Origin: Planctomycetia bacterium
GTDB taxonomy: Bacteria; Planctomycetota; MHYJ01; WSZJ01
DNA length: 64,000 nt
Assembly (NCBI GenBank): GCA_020849035.1
Contig: JADLHC010000110.1
Span: 5,269-69,268 of the forward strand
Direction of reading: 5' to 3'
Of this stretch, positions 26,142 through 35,744 are shown one piece after another; position 1 is the stretch's first letter; the number at the start of each line of letters is the position of its first letter. A program made the translations under genes and the position numbers. The notes beneath the pieces were generated by a model that ran no database searches, was not told the origin of the DNA, and was given only the letters and a program-made list of their open reading frames with translations.

Positions 26142-27227
26142 TCAGCGGGATTTCGGCGCGCCGATGGGGGCCAGGCTCCGCCACGAAAGCCAGGTGAGCG
26201 CCGACAGGAAGACCGCCAGGGCTGCCCACAGTCGGAGTGCGACCCAGTCCACGGTCTCCGCCAACGGCGCGTCCGGTAAGCATCCGCCGCAGATCGCGAC
26301 CATGACGCCGCCCGAAGGCGGCGGACGGACGTTCACCTGCAGGCCCTTCGCATCCGCCCAGATCGTGATCCACTGCCGGCCCGTCGCCACCACCTGGACT
26401 TCGACGGCCTTCCCCCGCACCGGCAGGAACACGGCCGACGCCGTCAGCGGCGGATTTCCGGCCTTCTCCGTCGCTTCGAACCCTCGCTGCCGCCCGTCGA
26501 ACCAGCCGCTGTAGACCGCGGAATCGGTCGGACGCTCCGTCATCTCCAGGTCCCACGGCGGGCACCACCCGGGTCCGTCCGAAGCCTCCAGCACCCGGAG
26601 CCTCAATTCCACCGGCATGCCCTCGAGACAGCGCCAGACCCCGAGCACGTCGCCGGTGGCCCCGCCGGCCCGCACGAATCCCTCCGGAACCACGAAGGCC
26701 ACCGGCGGGATGGCGAACCGCACCTTCTCAGCGCCGGGCTCGCCCTCGAGGTTGATGATCGCCTCGAAGTCGCGCAGGAGCGCCGGTTGCCGCGACGCGG
26801 CCCCGCGCAGGAACACTCCGACCGACAGGCCGCCCGCCGGGAGCAGCGCGGCGAACCTCGCTTCCTGCCGGAAGTCGACGCTGACGACGCTCTGCCAGAA
26901 GCTGCTCATCCGGTCCGGCCAGTTCCGCCGCCCGCCCGGCGGCGCAGGCTCGCCGGCGAAGGCTCGCCCCGCCTCCCAGGGCTGCCCCTCGCACCGGGGC
27001 TCGGACACGACAGCGACGATGCAGAGCTCGTCCGACGGCTCCCCCGCCACGCCCGACGGCCTGAAGCGGGTCCCCGGCGCCCCCGGAAGCGTGTCCGCCG
27101 CCGGCGCGAATCCCGCCGGCACCGGGATCTCGAGGTCCTGGATCGGGATCGAGACCGTCTCCGCGGCTGCCTCGGCGCAGGCGATCGCCAGCGGGAGAAT
27201 GAAATTCAGGAGGACAGGGAGTTTCAC
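26142..27227 (-). CDS. Secreted hypothetical protein with C-terminal membrane anchor
   Basis: Signal peptide MKLPVLLNFILPLAIACAEA. C-terminal hydrophobic segment WVALRLWAALAVFLSALTWL. Confidence 0.55.
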   Translation of the reverse strand: MKLPVLLNFILPLAIACAEAAAETVSIPIQDLEIPVPAGFAPAADTLPGAPGTRFRPSGVAGEPSDELCIVAVVSEPRCEGQPWEAGRAFAGEPAPPGGRRNWPDRMSSFWQSVVSVDFRQEARFAALLPAGGLSVGVFLRGAASRQPALLRDFEAIINLEGEPGAEKVRFAIPPVAFVVPEGFVRAGGATGDVLGVWRCLEGMPVELRLRVLEASDGPGWCPPWDLEMTERPTDSAVYSGWFDGRQRGFEATEKAGNPPLTASAVFLPVRGKAVEVQVVATGRQWITIWADAKGLQVNVRPPPSGGVMVAICGGCLPDAPLAETVDWVALRLWAALAVFLSALTWLSWRSLAPIGAPKSR

Positions 27228-27335
27228 GGACGCCTCGCTTGCTGCGCCACCGGGATGATGGTACCTGCCGGGAAATCGACGCCTGCGCCGCGAGTTTCAT
27301 GAGAAAAATCCGGGGGGCGCAGTCGCGGCACGGAC

Positions 27336-28295
27336 GTGGGGAGAATCCCCGCCAGGAGACGTATGATGCACCCCTCTGCCATGGACCACCATCCCGACGA
27401 CGACCTTTCCCCGCGGCTCATTGCCCCGCACTTCCGCCGCCTCGTCAAAGCCGGGAACTTCGGATTGGCCACCCACTGGATTCGCAAGACACCCCCGAAG
27501 CGAGTCCTGCGCACCCGGGACAGCCTCGATGTCGAGTTTGAAGGCGGACACAGCGTGACGATGCGCGCAACCGGAGCGGCACTGGCCTTCACCTGCACCT
27601 GCGGAGCGGGGCCGAAGGCTTGCGGGCACCTCGCCGCCGCCGCGCTCGCCTGGCTCGAAAGGGACTCTCCTCCCGGCGGCCCGTGGGGCCTGTGGCGCGC
27701 CACTCGGTTTGCGGACGTGAAGAACCTGGTTGCAGACGCAGGGACCGTCGAGACCCCGATCATCCCCGGCGAAACTGCCGACAGCGCCACCGCCCGCCTC
27801 CTGCGCCTGGAGGTGCTGCGGCGGGCGCAGCTCGTCCCGGGGGGCCCCGACCTTGGTCTGATGCGCGTCGCCCTGGAAGAAGCCTGCACGCCCAGATCGG
27901 TCCGCGACGCCGGTTCGCCGTCGACCTTCCTGAAGGGTCTCAACCTGATCTTCGAGGAGCTGCTGCACTTCTCGCGGACAGGCGACCCGGAGGCGGCCGT
28001 CGCATGCCTCGAGTACGCGATCGAGCCGTTCCGCGACCTCATCGACCTACTCCCCGCCGACTTCCACTCCGTTTCCGTCAGCCTCGTGAACGTGCTGGGC
28101 TTCCACATCATCGCCTGCAGGCGCGCCCCGTCGGACCCGATCCGGATCGCACGCTGGCTCGGTGTTTCCTATCCGTTCGGAGGGAAGGGAATCCCCGTGC
28201 GCGTCCTGAAGTCCTACCAGGAAGTGCTGGGTGAGAACGGCGTCGCGGAGGCAAAGCGGGTCCACGCGATGATTCGGACGAGGACGAACGCGTAG
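27336..28295 (+). CDS. SWIM zinc-finger domain protein
   Basis: CxCxnCxH pattern in FTCTCGAGPKACGHLAAAAL. Start uncertain (several in-frame Met). Confidence 0.6.
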   Translation: MGRIPARRRMMHPSAMDHHPDDDLSPRLIAPHFRRLVKAGNFGLATHWIRKTPPKRVLRTRDSLDVEFEGGHSVTMRATGAALAFTCTCGAGPKACGHLAAAALAWLERDSPPGGPWGLWRATRFADVKNLVADAGTVETPIIPGETADSATARLLRLEVLRRAQLVPGGPDLGLMRVALEEACTPRSVRDAGSPSTFLKGLNLIFEELLHFSRTGDPEAAVACLEYAIEPFRDLIDLLPADFHSVSVSLVNVLGFHIIACRRAPSDPIRIARWLGVSYPFGGKGIPVRVLKSYQEVLGENGVAEAKRVHAMIRTRTNA

Positions 28296-28356
28296 CAGGC
28301 GCCGGGGCGCGGCGAGGTATGAAGCAGGTTGCGGACGCCGAGTGGAGCCGCGGCTT

Positions 28357-28417
28357 GGGAGCTGGGTTCGAACCACCCTGCGCCCTGGTGAGGGGGACAC
28401 CGGATTTGAAGTGCGGA
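28357..28417 (-). repeat. Degenerate tRNA-Sec-like 3' fragment (att-like repeat, left island boundary)
   Basis: The minus strand reads CACTTCAAATCCGGTG, then a hairpin-prone variable region, then GGTGGTTCGAACCCAGCTCCC. It shares the 15-mer CACCGGATTTGAAGT (28398-28412) with 46510-46524. No 5' half and no intact T-stem. Confidence 0.45.
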
Positions 28418-28557
28418 GGGGTGGGAATCGTGGTGGTGTAAGTGGCGGAGGATGCGCAACTTGCGGCGGGGAATCTGGAAAATTGCGCGCGATCTGGCGA
28501 TGAGCAACGATGTGAGCACCGCCTGCGAACCCCGCTCCGACCCCAGACGATCAAGAC

Positions 28558-30453
28558 GTGGATCTCGATATGCGGAGAGCGGACGTGAAGGCGGAGATGA
28601 TCGAATGGAAGAAGCCCTGCCGCTGCGGCAGCGGCCGCCAGGCGAGGAAGTGCTGCGGACACTCCCCGCGATCCGGGGTCAAGACCGTCGGCAAGTCCGG
28701 CGCCTTTCGCTACGGGGCAATCACCCCGACTTTTCGCGAGATCTTCCCCGGCTTCGCCAACTCCCCCGCGCATCTCCGTGCTGCATTTGGCCTGTTCAAC
28801 CCGGACGAGATGATCGAGGGCATCGCCAGGCTGAATCACCGCACGAGCTACGCCGCTGGAGCCGATGACCCGGCGGAGATGGCCGCTGTGGAAGCCGTGG
28901 CCGGGCCGGAGCTGACGCGGCGACTGCGAGAGTTCGCACAAGACAAGGCCTGCCGGCTGTTCTCCCCGCTTACGTACCTGGCCCGCATCATCGAGACGCT
29001 TCGCTGCCCCGCGAATTCGAACGGGCAGTCTCCGCTCTCGTCGGGGCCTGTTTTCGTCGGCACGCTCCTCCGCATGGCAGATCATGCTGAAGCGGACGCG
29101 GCGGCCGCGATGGAGAGCAGCGGAGCCAATTTTCGGCGATTCGGATTCGGCTCGCTGCTTCGGAACATCCGGTTCAACACGCGGGAGAAGTTCGAGTACC
29201 TGATGGGCCGGACGTACTCCATGTACGTCGATCATCTGCCGCGCGTCCTCAAGAGTGGCAAGGGCTCCATCGACCTCGCGGCGGAGCTCGCAAATCGGAC
29301 GGGGGCAGACTTGAAGACGTTTCTGGTCTGCATGTTCAGCACCTGGGGCTACTACTTCGGGGGGGAGGAGAAGCACGGCCAGTTTCTGAAGCAGCTCGAT
29401 CAGTCGCCTCCAGCCTTCTACCTCACGCAGGTCGTGAACAACTTCAAGCCGGCTTACCAGAGCGCAGCAGCAAGTGCGCTTCGGCTCTTGACGGGAGACA
29501 TGTCGAGTCTGGCAGATGAGGTCTCCAGACTCGAAGGACTCGGCGACCCGATCAACCGGTACGCAGGTCTCGACATTCTCTGGAGACGTCCGCTCTACAA
29601 GACTCCACAGGGATGCTGGTTTCCGGTGGATCGGCACCTGCTGGAGGAGCGGATGACCAGCGGCATCAAGTGGGCCATTCATGACGCCGTCGTCGCGGAT
29701 GCGAAGGCGGTGAAAGGGACGCCTGAGGAGAAGCGCCTCCTGAACCTCAGAGGTGACGTGATGGCGCTGTTCGGGCACGTCCTGGATTCGTACGTGAGCG
29801 ACATCGTCGATCGCATCTGGGGGGAACGCCACAGCGTGACGGTGCTTCGCGATGCCGAAGTTGGCGGAGGCGCGGACTTCAGCATCTTGGACTCCGCCAC
29901 CCCCCATGACGCGGTGGTCATCGAGACAACCGCCTCCGGCATTCGAGTCGCGACCGCCATGTCGGGCGACATGGACCTGATCGACGAGGAAGTCGACAGG
30001 GAGATCTTCTTCAAGACCGTGGGCAAGGAGAAGCGGGGGAAGATGGCGCAGCTGGACTGGACAGTCAGCCAGTTGCGTGCGGGCACGCTCAAGGGGCAAG
30101 GAGCACAGCGGCCGAAGCGGATTTACCCGATTCTCGTTCTGGAGAACGGACTGCCCACGTCGATGGGCCTGTTGGATCACTTCCGCGACCGAGTGAGAGC
30201 CAAGGGCCTGCTTCAGCAGGATGTCGATCGCTTGACGATCATCTCCGTCAGCGAGCTGGAACGGCTGGAACCCATTCTTGGTCGCCCTGGCACTTCTCTG
30301 GCGTCGGTCCTGGAGGAGAAGTCGCGAAGCTCAGCATCATCAGACTCGATGCGGAACTACCTTCATTTCTCAGGTCGAGATGAGTTCAACGAAGTCCTTC
30401 AGCGGCAGTGGGACAGGTTGGAAGACGATGCAGAAGAGGTCCTCATCAAATAG
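28558..30453 (+). CDS. Large hypothetical protein with N-terminal SEC-C metal-binding motif
   Basis: CRCGSGRQARKCCG matches the SecA C-terminal CxCGSGxKxKxCC motif. The remaining ~590 aa were not recognised. A possible nuclease-like segment is ADFSILDS...VVIETTAS. Confidence 0.6.
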   Translation: MDLDMRRADVKAEMIEWKKPCRCGSGRQARKCCGHSPRSGVKTVGKSGAFRYGAITPTFREIFPGFANSPAHLRAAFGLFNPDEMIEGIARLNHRTSYAAGADDPAEMAAVEAVAGPELTRRLREFAQDKACRLFSPLTYLARIIETLRCPANSNGQSPLSSGPVFVGTLLRMADHAEADAAAAMESSGANFRRFGFGSLLRNIRFNTREKFEYLMGRTYSMYVDHLPRVLKSGKGSIDLAAELANRTGADLKTFLVCMFSTWGYYFGGEEKHGQFLKQLDQSPPAFYLTQVVNNFKPAYQSAAASALRLLTGDMSSLADEVSRLEGLGDPINRYAGLDILWRRPLYKTPQGCWFPVDRHLLEERMTSGIKWAIHDAVVADAKAVKGTPEEKRLLNLRGDVMALFGHVLDSYVSDIVDRIWGERHSVTVLRDAEVGGGADFSILDSATPHDAVVIETTASGIRVATAMSGDMDLIDEEVDREIFFKTVGKEKRGKMAQLDWTVSQLRAGTLKGQGAQRPKRIYPILVLENGLPTSMGLLDHFRDRVRAKGLLQQDVDRLTIISVSELERLEPILGRPGTSLASVLEEKSRSSASSDSMRNYLHFSGRDEFNEVLQRQWDRLEDDAEEVLIK

Positions 30454-30546
30454 GAGTTTCGAAAGATGCGGTCGCCGCCTCGGCTAAGGCGTTTTGGAGG
30501 TCGGAGGTGGGGGACGAGGTCGGCAGTAGTGGCGCTCGCGTGGCCA

Positions 30547-32904
30547 TCAGCTGCGACCGATTCTGACGCGGGACCGGATCGCCTCGACTCGGGCGCGCAC
30601 GCTGGTGTAAACATTCACGTCCGGGTCCTCGGCTTCCAGGCCGACTACAACGGCGAATCCTTGCAACTCGGCCTGATGCGCCGGACGAACAGCCTTCGCC
30701 ACAAGGGCCAATCGGTACGACTCACCGTACACGCCCCGCTTCCACTCGAAGAGGTTCTTGTAGACGCTTCCCGAGGACTGCATTCGGTAGGGGTACTTCC
30801 CCCGCCAGAAGATCGGTCGTTTTCCCTTCTTCCCGACGCTCTCCTCTGGCTCGCCGTCAGACTGCTCCGCGGCCGCCTCAATCTCTGATACCGCCTTGAG
30901 CACATCCGCTTCGCTCCGGTCGCCGCGAGCCAGGTGCGTGCCGATTCGAATGCCCGCGATGTTCAGCTCGTCAAAGACGTTGGTTGGAGGGTCGTACGCG
31001 ACAGTGACCCAAATGCGCTTCGAGCCCTTCGACGCTGCAAACTCGCGAGGGACGGGAACCTCGAATAGCTGGACCTCGTTTGGGCGAATCTTGCCTTCGT
31101 GGTAGAGCGTGGCCAGGCGATTCGAGCAGTAGAGCGCACGTTCTTCTTTCGGCACCCCGAATCCGCAGAGTCGCAGTTGCCGCTGTATCTTCCAGGCCAC
31201 GACCTCCTCGGGATGACGCGCCGCATTGACGATCAGCGCGCGCATGAGGTTGGGACTGGCTTCCGGGTGCTTTGCAAGAATTGCCGCGGCGAGATTCGCG
31301 ATCTTCGGGGCTGCCAGGCTAGTGCCTACTTCGTGGACCAGGAGTCTTCCTCCTGCGGCGAAGTCGGGGCGCGTTGTGAGGACGCGGGCCGTTTCGATGT
31401 TGTGCCTGTACGCCTTCAAACCCGTATCGAAGACCCAGTTCCCGGCGACCTCGACTACCTCCGGCTTGATCAATCCCCTTAATGAGCCCGCGCGTGCGAA
31501 CGGGGATGGCGCTCCTGGGTCTGCGACGCGCTCTTCCTCTGCCTTTCGTACGCCAGCGGCTTCACGGGGCGCAATCCCCCCCACGGTCAGGGCGTTCAGA
31601 GACTCGCCAGGTGCGCAAACACGATTGTCGTCATGCTCCATCCAGGTCGGGTACTGCGCGTGGCGCGGCGGGGCGCCAGATTGAAAGTCCCTGTTGCCCG
31701 ATGACACGATCGGAAGTACGCCGTGAGACCGCACGAGTTCGTCGAGTTCAGCACCGAACTTCGTGAGCTTGCTCGCTGGCTCCGCAAGTCCCAAGGAGAG
31801 GTTCAAGATGCGACAGTCCGGAGCGACGTGGTCGACGACATCGCGCAGGAACGGCTGCCGATTCGTGTCGAGCTCGCATTGATCGCCAAGCATGCGCGCA
31901 TTGATCAGTCGAGCCGATGACGTGAACTTGCGAGCATCCACGTGCCGTCGGACCTCCCCGAAGGCGGCGATGCCTGCGACGAGCGTGCCGTGTCCGGCAG
32001 GAACCGCGCTTACGTTCGGAATCGGCGGGCCGAGAGAGGCTGGGAACGATTTGGACTTGGCTGGCATCAGCGACGGCCCGATGAGTGGATGTCCCTCACG
32101 AATTCCCGAGTCCACGATGCAGACAAGGGGCGCAGTCGGTGGCGGAGGTACGACGGGTTGGACATCGTCCAGCCCGAATTCAAGGGAGTGTCTCGCAAGG
32201 CTTCGCGTGTACGGAGGGAGCTCGACTTCCGCAACATCATCCCGGTACTCCAGGAAACTCTGGAGTGCCTGCCCCTTCATCTTCACGCGCGCCGAGACGA
32301 ACGTCGTCCGGAACGCCGTGTCCAGGATCTGTCCGCCTGCCTCCTTGGCAAACGCGCTCAGGGAGTTCAGGCCCTGCGGGCTTACGTGGCCGTCAGGGGC
32401 TGGTAAGAACAGCACGTCAACGATGACCTCCTCCTCCGGACCCTTGGGCCTCGCCATGAGGCGCGGTCCCCTTCGGTCCGTCGCAGACCAGGGCGCGAGG
32501 TGTTCGATCTTGGCGAGCGGGGCTATGGCCTTCTGGCCCGATTCGTAGGACCGCACCCTCGCCGTTAGCTTCGTAAGAGCCCGATCCTGGCCGAAGGCGG
32601 CGATGACCGAGTCGTGCCTGCGCAGGACCGGAGTTAGGCCAACGCTCATCAGCTCGGCGTCGCTGACGTACTGTTTCGGGGGAAGTTCGACCCGAACGAC
32701 GGGAACGTCAGTCGCGAGCTTCGGGAACCTCTTCTCGGCCTCGCCGAAGTGCCCCAAGGCTCGTAGGGCCCCGGATCGGAGGTTCAAGCCGTGCTTCCCG
32801 ACCTCACGCTGAGGCAGAGGCGGAGGTACGAACCTGCCCTTCTTGCGCGCCACGCTTGAAGGCGGACCGAGTCTGAGCAGCGGTCGAAGATCTTCTTCTG
32901 CCAT
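30547..32904 (-). CDS. S8 family (subtilisin-like) serine peptidase, IetS-like
   Basis: Catalytic motifs in subtilase order: VCIVDSGI (Asp), AGHGTLVAG (His), VGTSLAAPKIA (Ser). Located 10 nt downstream of the AAA+ gene on the same strand. Confidence 0.85.
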   Translation of the reverse strand: MAEEDLRPLLRLGPPSSVARKKGRFVPPPLPQREVGKHGLNLRSGALRALGHFGEAEKRFPKLATDVPVVRVELPPKQYVSDAELMSVGLTPVLRRHDSVIAAFGQDRALTKLTARVRSYESGQKAIAPLAKIEHLAPWSATDRRGPRLMARPKGPEEEVIVDVLFLPAPDGHVSPQGLNSLSAFAKEAGGQILDTAFRTTFVSARVKMKGQALQSFLEYRDDVAEVELPPYTRSLARHSLEFGLDDVQPVVPPPPTAPLVCIVDSGIREGHPLIGPSLMPAKSKSFPASLGPPIPNVSAVPAGHGTLVAGIAAFGEVRRHVDARKFTSSARLINARMLGDQCELDTNRQPFLRDVVDHVAPDCRILNLSLGLAEPASKLTKFGAELDELVRSHGVLPIVSSGNRDFQSGAPPRHAQYPTWMEHDDNRVCAPGESLNALTVGGIAPREAAGVRKAEEERVADPGAPSPFARAGSLRGLIKPEVVEVAGNWVFDTGLKAYRHNIETARVLTTRPDFAAGGRLLVHEVGTSLAAPKIANLAAAILAKHPEASPNLMRALIVNAARHPEEVVAWKIQRQLRLCGFGVPKEERALYCSNRLATLYHEGKIRPNEVQLFEVPVPREFAASKGSKRIWVTVAYDPPTNVFDELNIAGIRIGTHLARGDRSEADVLKAVSEIEAAAEQSDGEPEESVGKKGKRPIFWRGKYPYRMQSSGSVYKNLFEWKRGVYGESYRLALVAKAVRPAHQAELQGFAVVVGLEAEDPDVNVYTSVRARVEAIRSRVRIGRS

Positions 32905-32914
32905 TCGGCCGATC

Positions 32915-33757
32915 TTACTCGGCGCGTTGCGTCTTCGTGACGATCTTCAGGCGGGCGGCTTGCTGCTCGATCTCGAGTGCAAGGTCAGTTTCGGCGAGTT
33001 CGCGCGAACCACGCATCGCGAGCGCTTTCATCGCTTCGTGGCAGACTCTCTCCGCGTCCGCGAACGAGAAGCCGCGCATCTTTGCCGCAGCCTTCCTTAG
33101 GTCGAGGCCGGACGTGCTTACCGGGCGAAGGCGAAGCTGCAGCAGCGCAGTCAGGTCCGCCGCCTTTGCCATGGGGAACTCCAGCACATCATCGAAGCGT
33201 CGCCAGAGCGCCTCGTCCAACATCCCTTGGTGATTGGAGGCGGCGACCACGAACTTGTCCCTCGGGTGGGCATCCAGAATTTGAAGGAAGCTGCTGATGA
33301 CGCGCTTTAACTCTCCTACCTCGTGCGGATCGTCGCGACGCTTGCCCAGCGCGTCGAATTCGTCGAAGAACAGGATCGCGTTCTGCTGCGCCGCGAACGT
33401 GAAGACCCGACGAAGGTTGGTCGCGGTCTCCCCGAGATACGAGGACACGATCCCATCGAACCTGGCGTAGAGGAGCTTCATGCCCAACGAACCGGCTAGC
33501 GCCTCGGCGCACACAGTCTTCCCGCACCCGGGCGGTCCGACGAAGATCAGTCGCGAGCGCGGGTGCAGGCCAAGGCCGGCGATCGCGTCTCGGCCGCGGA
33601 ATTCCTGTTCGATCCTCCGGAGGGAGCCACGAATCGCGGGCGTGAAGACAAGTTCGTCGAGGGAGCGGACGGGGTCGCGCATCTCCACCAACAGCGCGTC
33701 CCGATCCGGGTCGCGGGGAAGCGAACCGAAGTGGATGATCTTGCTTGGTTCACCCAT
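32915..33757 (-). CDS. AAA+ ATPase, IetA-like
   Basis: Walker A FVGPPGCGKT, Walker B ILFFDEFD, classical AAA second region of homology. Operonic with the S8 peptidase. Confidence 0.85.
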   Translation of the reverse strand: MGEPSKIIHFGSLPRDPDRDALLVEMRDPVRSLDELVFTPAIRGSLRRIEQEFRGRDAIAGLGLHPRSRLIFVGPPGCGKTVCAEALAGSLGMKLLYARFDGIVSSYLGETATNLRRVFTFAAQQNAILFFDEFDALGKRRDDPHEVGELKRVISSFLQILDAHPRDKFVVAASNHQGMLDEALWRRFDDVLEFPMAKAADLTALLQLRLRPVSTSGLDLRKAAAKMRGFSFADAERVCHEAMKALAMRGSRELAETDLALEIEQQAARLKIVTKTQRAE

Positions 33758-33825
33758 GGTTTTGTCCCTTTTCGCCTCCGCGTACGTAGTCAGTATATCG
33801 GCGGGGTCCCGGAGCTGACACTAAC

Positions 33826-34761
33826 TTAACTTCCGGCGATGGAAGAGGATGCGCTCTTCCTGGCCGGATCGAGCACCCCCACCGCCTCCCTTAAGTTCTT
33901 CTCCTGCAGGTGCGCGTACCGCATCGCCATCGCCAGCGTGGTGTGCCCGAGGAGCTGCTTGATCGCGAGGATCGGCACCCCGGCCTGCGCGAGCCGCGAC
34001 GCGAACGTGTGCCGCAGGTCGTGCCACCGGAACCGCTCGACGCCTGCGCGTTTCAGCGCCGTCCGCCACGCCTCCCCGTTGAACCAGTTCATCGCCTTGC
34101 CCGAGATTGGCCCCGTGAGCACGCACGGCTGGTGCAGGCGCCGCGGGATCGCGGTCAGCGTCTCGCGCAGGGTCGCGTTCATCGGAACGACGCGGTCGCG
34201 TTTCGACTTCGTGTGGCGGATGGTGAGCGTGCCGCGCTCAAAGCTGACGTCGGCCCAGGCCAGACGGCGGAGTTCGCCCGCGCGGAGGCCACTGTGGATG
34301 GAGATCACGATCGCGGGGCGGAGCCAGGGGGCGGCGTGAGCAAGGAGGTTCGCTTCTTCCTCGGGCGAGAGGAAGCGGACCACCGTGTTCTCGATGCGGG
34401 GCTTCTTGACCAGCTTCACGGGTTTGCGCTCGACGAGGTCGGCCTTGAGGGCCTCGCGGAAGACGCCGGAGAGCGAGCAGACCTCCTGATACACGCTGGC
34501 GGGTCTCGCGCCGGCGCGCAGGCGGCGGTCGGCGTACTTCTGGACGTCGGCGGCCTTGACCTCGCGCAGCGTCATCGAGCCGAACGCCGGACGGACGTGC
34601 GTGCCCCACAGGCCGACGTAGCGCGCGCTCGTGCCGGGAGCGAGGTTGGTACGGACGTGGTCGAGGTACTCGCGCTCCACGAACTGCCGCACGGTCGCGG
34701 GCGCCTGCGGGTTCACGAGCGCGTCCACCGACGGCAGCTTCAGGAGCCGTGCCTGCAGCAC
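33826..34761 (-). CDS. Tyrosine recombinase/integrase (N-terminus uncertain, possibly truncated)
   Basis: Catalytic box WHDLRHTFASRL...LLGHTTLAMAMRYAHL and an SAM-like N-domain. The first usable start is GTG at 34761. The 519-aa ORF-track extension is antisense to a plus-strand gene remnant. Confidence 0.8.
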   Translation of the reverse strand: MLQARLLKLPSVDALVNPQAPATVRQFVEREYLDHVRTNLAPGTSARYVGLWGTHVRPAFGSMTLREVKAADVQKYADRRLRAGARPASVYQEVCSLSGVFREALKADLVERKPVKLVKKPRIENTVVRFLSPEEEANLLAHAAPWLRPAIVISIHSGLRAGELRRLAWADVSFERGTLTIRHTKSKRDRVVPMNATLRETLTAIPRRLHQPCVLTGPISGKAMNWFNGEAWRTALKRAGVERFRWHDLRHTFASRLAQAGVPILAIKQLLGHTTLAMAMRYAHLQEKNLREAVGVLDPARKSASSSIAGS

Positions 34762-34812
34762 CTGCTCATTGCGCTCGGCCAGCAGCCACCGCGCGACCTC
34801 CTCCTGCGTTAG

Positions 34813-35625
34813 CGCCGCCGCCGTCCGGGCCGCGACCTGACCGACGGAAAGACGATCCGGCAGGCCCTGAACTACTCCAACAACGCGGGGGTGACCTGGT
34901 GCGTCCTCTCGAACGGTGACCACTACCACTTCTACAAGGCGTCCGACCCGGCGAAGGCGGAGGAAAAGATCTTCTGGAAGCTCTCCCTCACGGAAGACTC
35001 GCCGGAGGAAGTCGCCCAGTTCCTGCGGCTCATCTCCCGCGAGTGCGTCGGCGACAATCCGCTGGAGCAGTTCTGGCGGCAGCGGGCGCTCGACCGGGAC
35101 GTGAAGGCGGCCCTCTAGGCGCTGCTGGCGCGGCCGGACGCGGCGATCGTCAAGCTGGTGAGCCAGGACGTCGCCGGGCGAACCCCGAAGGAGATTGCGG
35201 AGTCCATCCGCCGCCTCGTGCCCCACATGACGATCCCGACGCCGGACCTGATGCAGAAGCCGCGCCGGGAGAGGCGTGCGGAGCCGGGCGCGCGGCGTGT
35301 CGTGAAGGGCGAACTCGCGGCAATCCTCGCCGCGGGCATCCTCCAGGCCCCCGTGACCCTCCGCAGTCGGTACAAGGACGGCCACGTCGAAGCGGTCCTT
35401 CAGGCGGACGGCCAGATCCTCTTCGACGGAACGCTCTACGGCTCCTGCTCGGCGGCGGGGGCCATGGGGAAGAAGAAGGTCGACGGCACCGCGAAAGCCA
35501 CGAACGGCTGGGTGTTCTGGACGTACCGGGACGCCAGCGGCCGCGAAGTTCCTCTGGCCGAAGCCCGTGAGGCTCTCGTCGGGAAGCGTGGAGAACGACG
35601 GGAAGGGGCCGACGCTGGCACCTGA
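34813..35625 (+). pseudogene. Remnant of a restriction-type gene (HsdR_N-like PD-(D/E)xK N-domain plus DUF4357/RAMA-like C-domain), 5'-truncated with an in-frame TAG
   Basis: VTWCVLSNGDHYHFYK is HsdR_N-like. LYGSCSAAGAMGKKKVDGTAKATNGWVFW is RAMA/DUF4357-like. ORFs 34891..35118 and 35158..35625 share a frame separated by TAG at 35116-35118. There is no N-terminus upstream of about 34813. Confidence 0.55.
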
Positions 35626-35744
35626 AGCCCGGGTAATCCTCGGACGGCTTGACGGTCCACTGGACTCACGTAGAGTCCCGCTCGCCAGCCGAGGCTACCC
35701 TGATCCCTCCCCTTTGGCTGCACCAAGCCCTCGGCTGGCAGCTT

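Noticed and set aside
28357-28417. A functional tRNA at the left island boundary
   Set aside because: There is a mismatch in both the anticodon stem and the T-stem. No pairing 5' acceptor strand and no D-arm exist. It is best explained as a displaced, decayed 3' tRNA fragment.
33826-35385. 519-aa version of the first integrase
   Set aside because: Residues 1 to ~175 are antisense to a plus-strand remnant with clear HsdR_N/RAMA-like motifs and do not look like protein. The recombinase similarity starts near residue 200.
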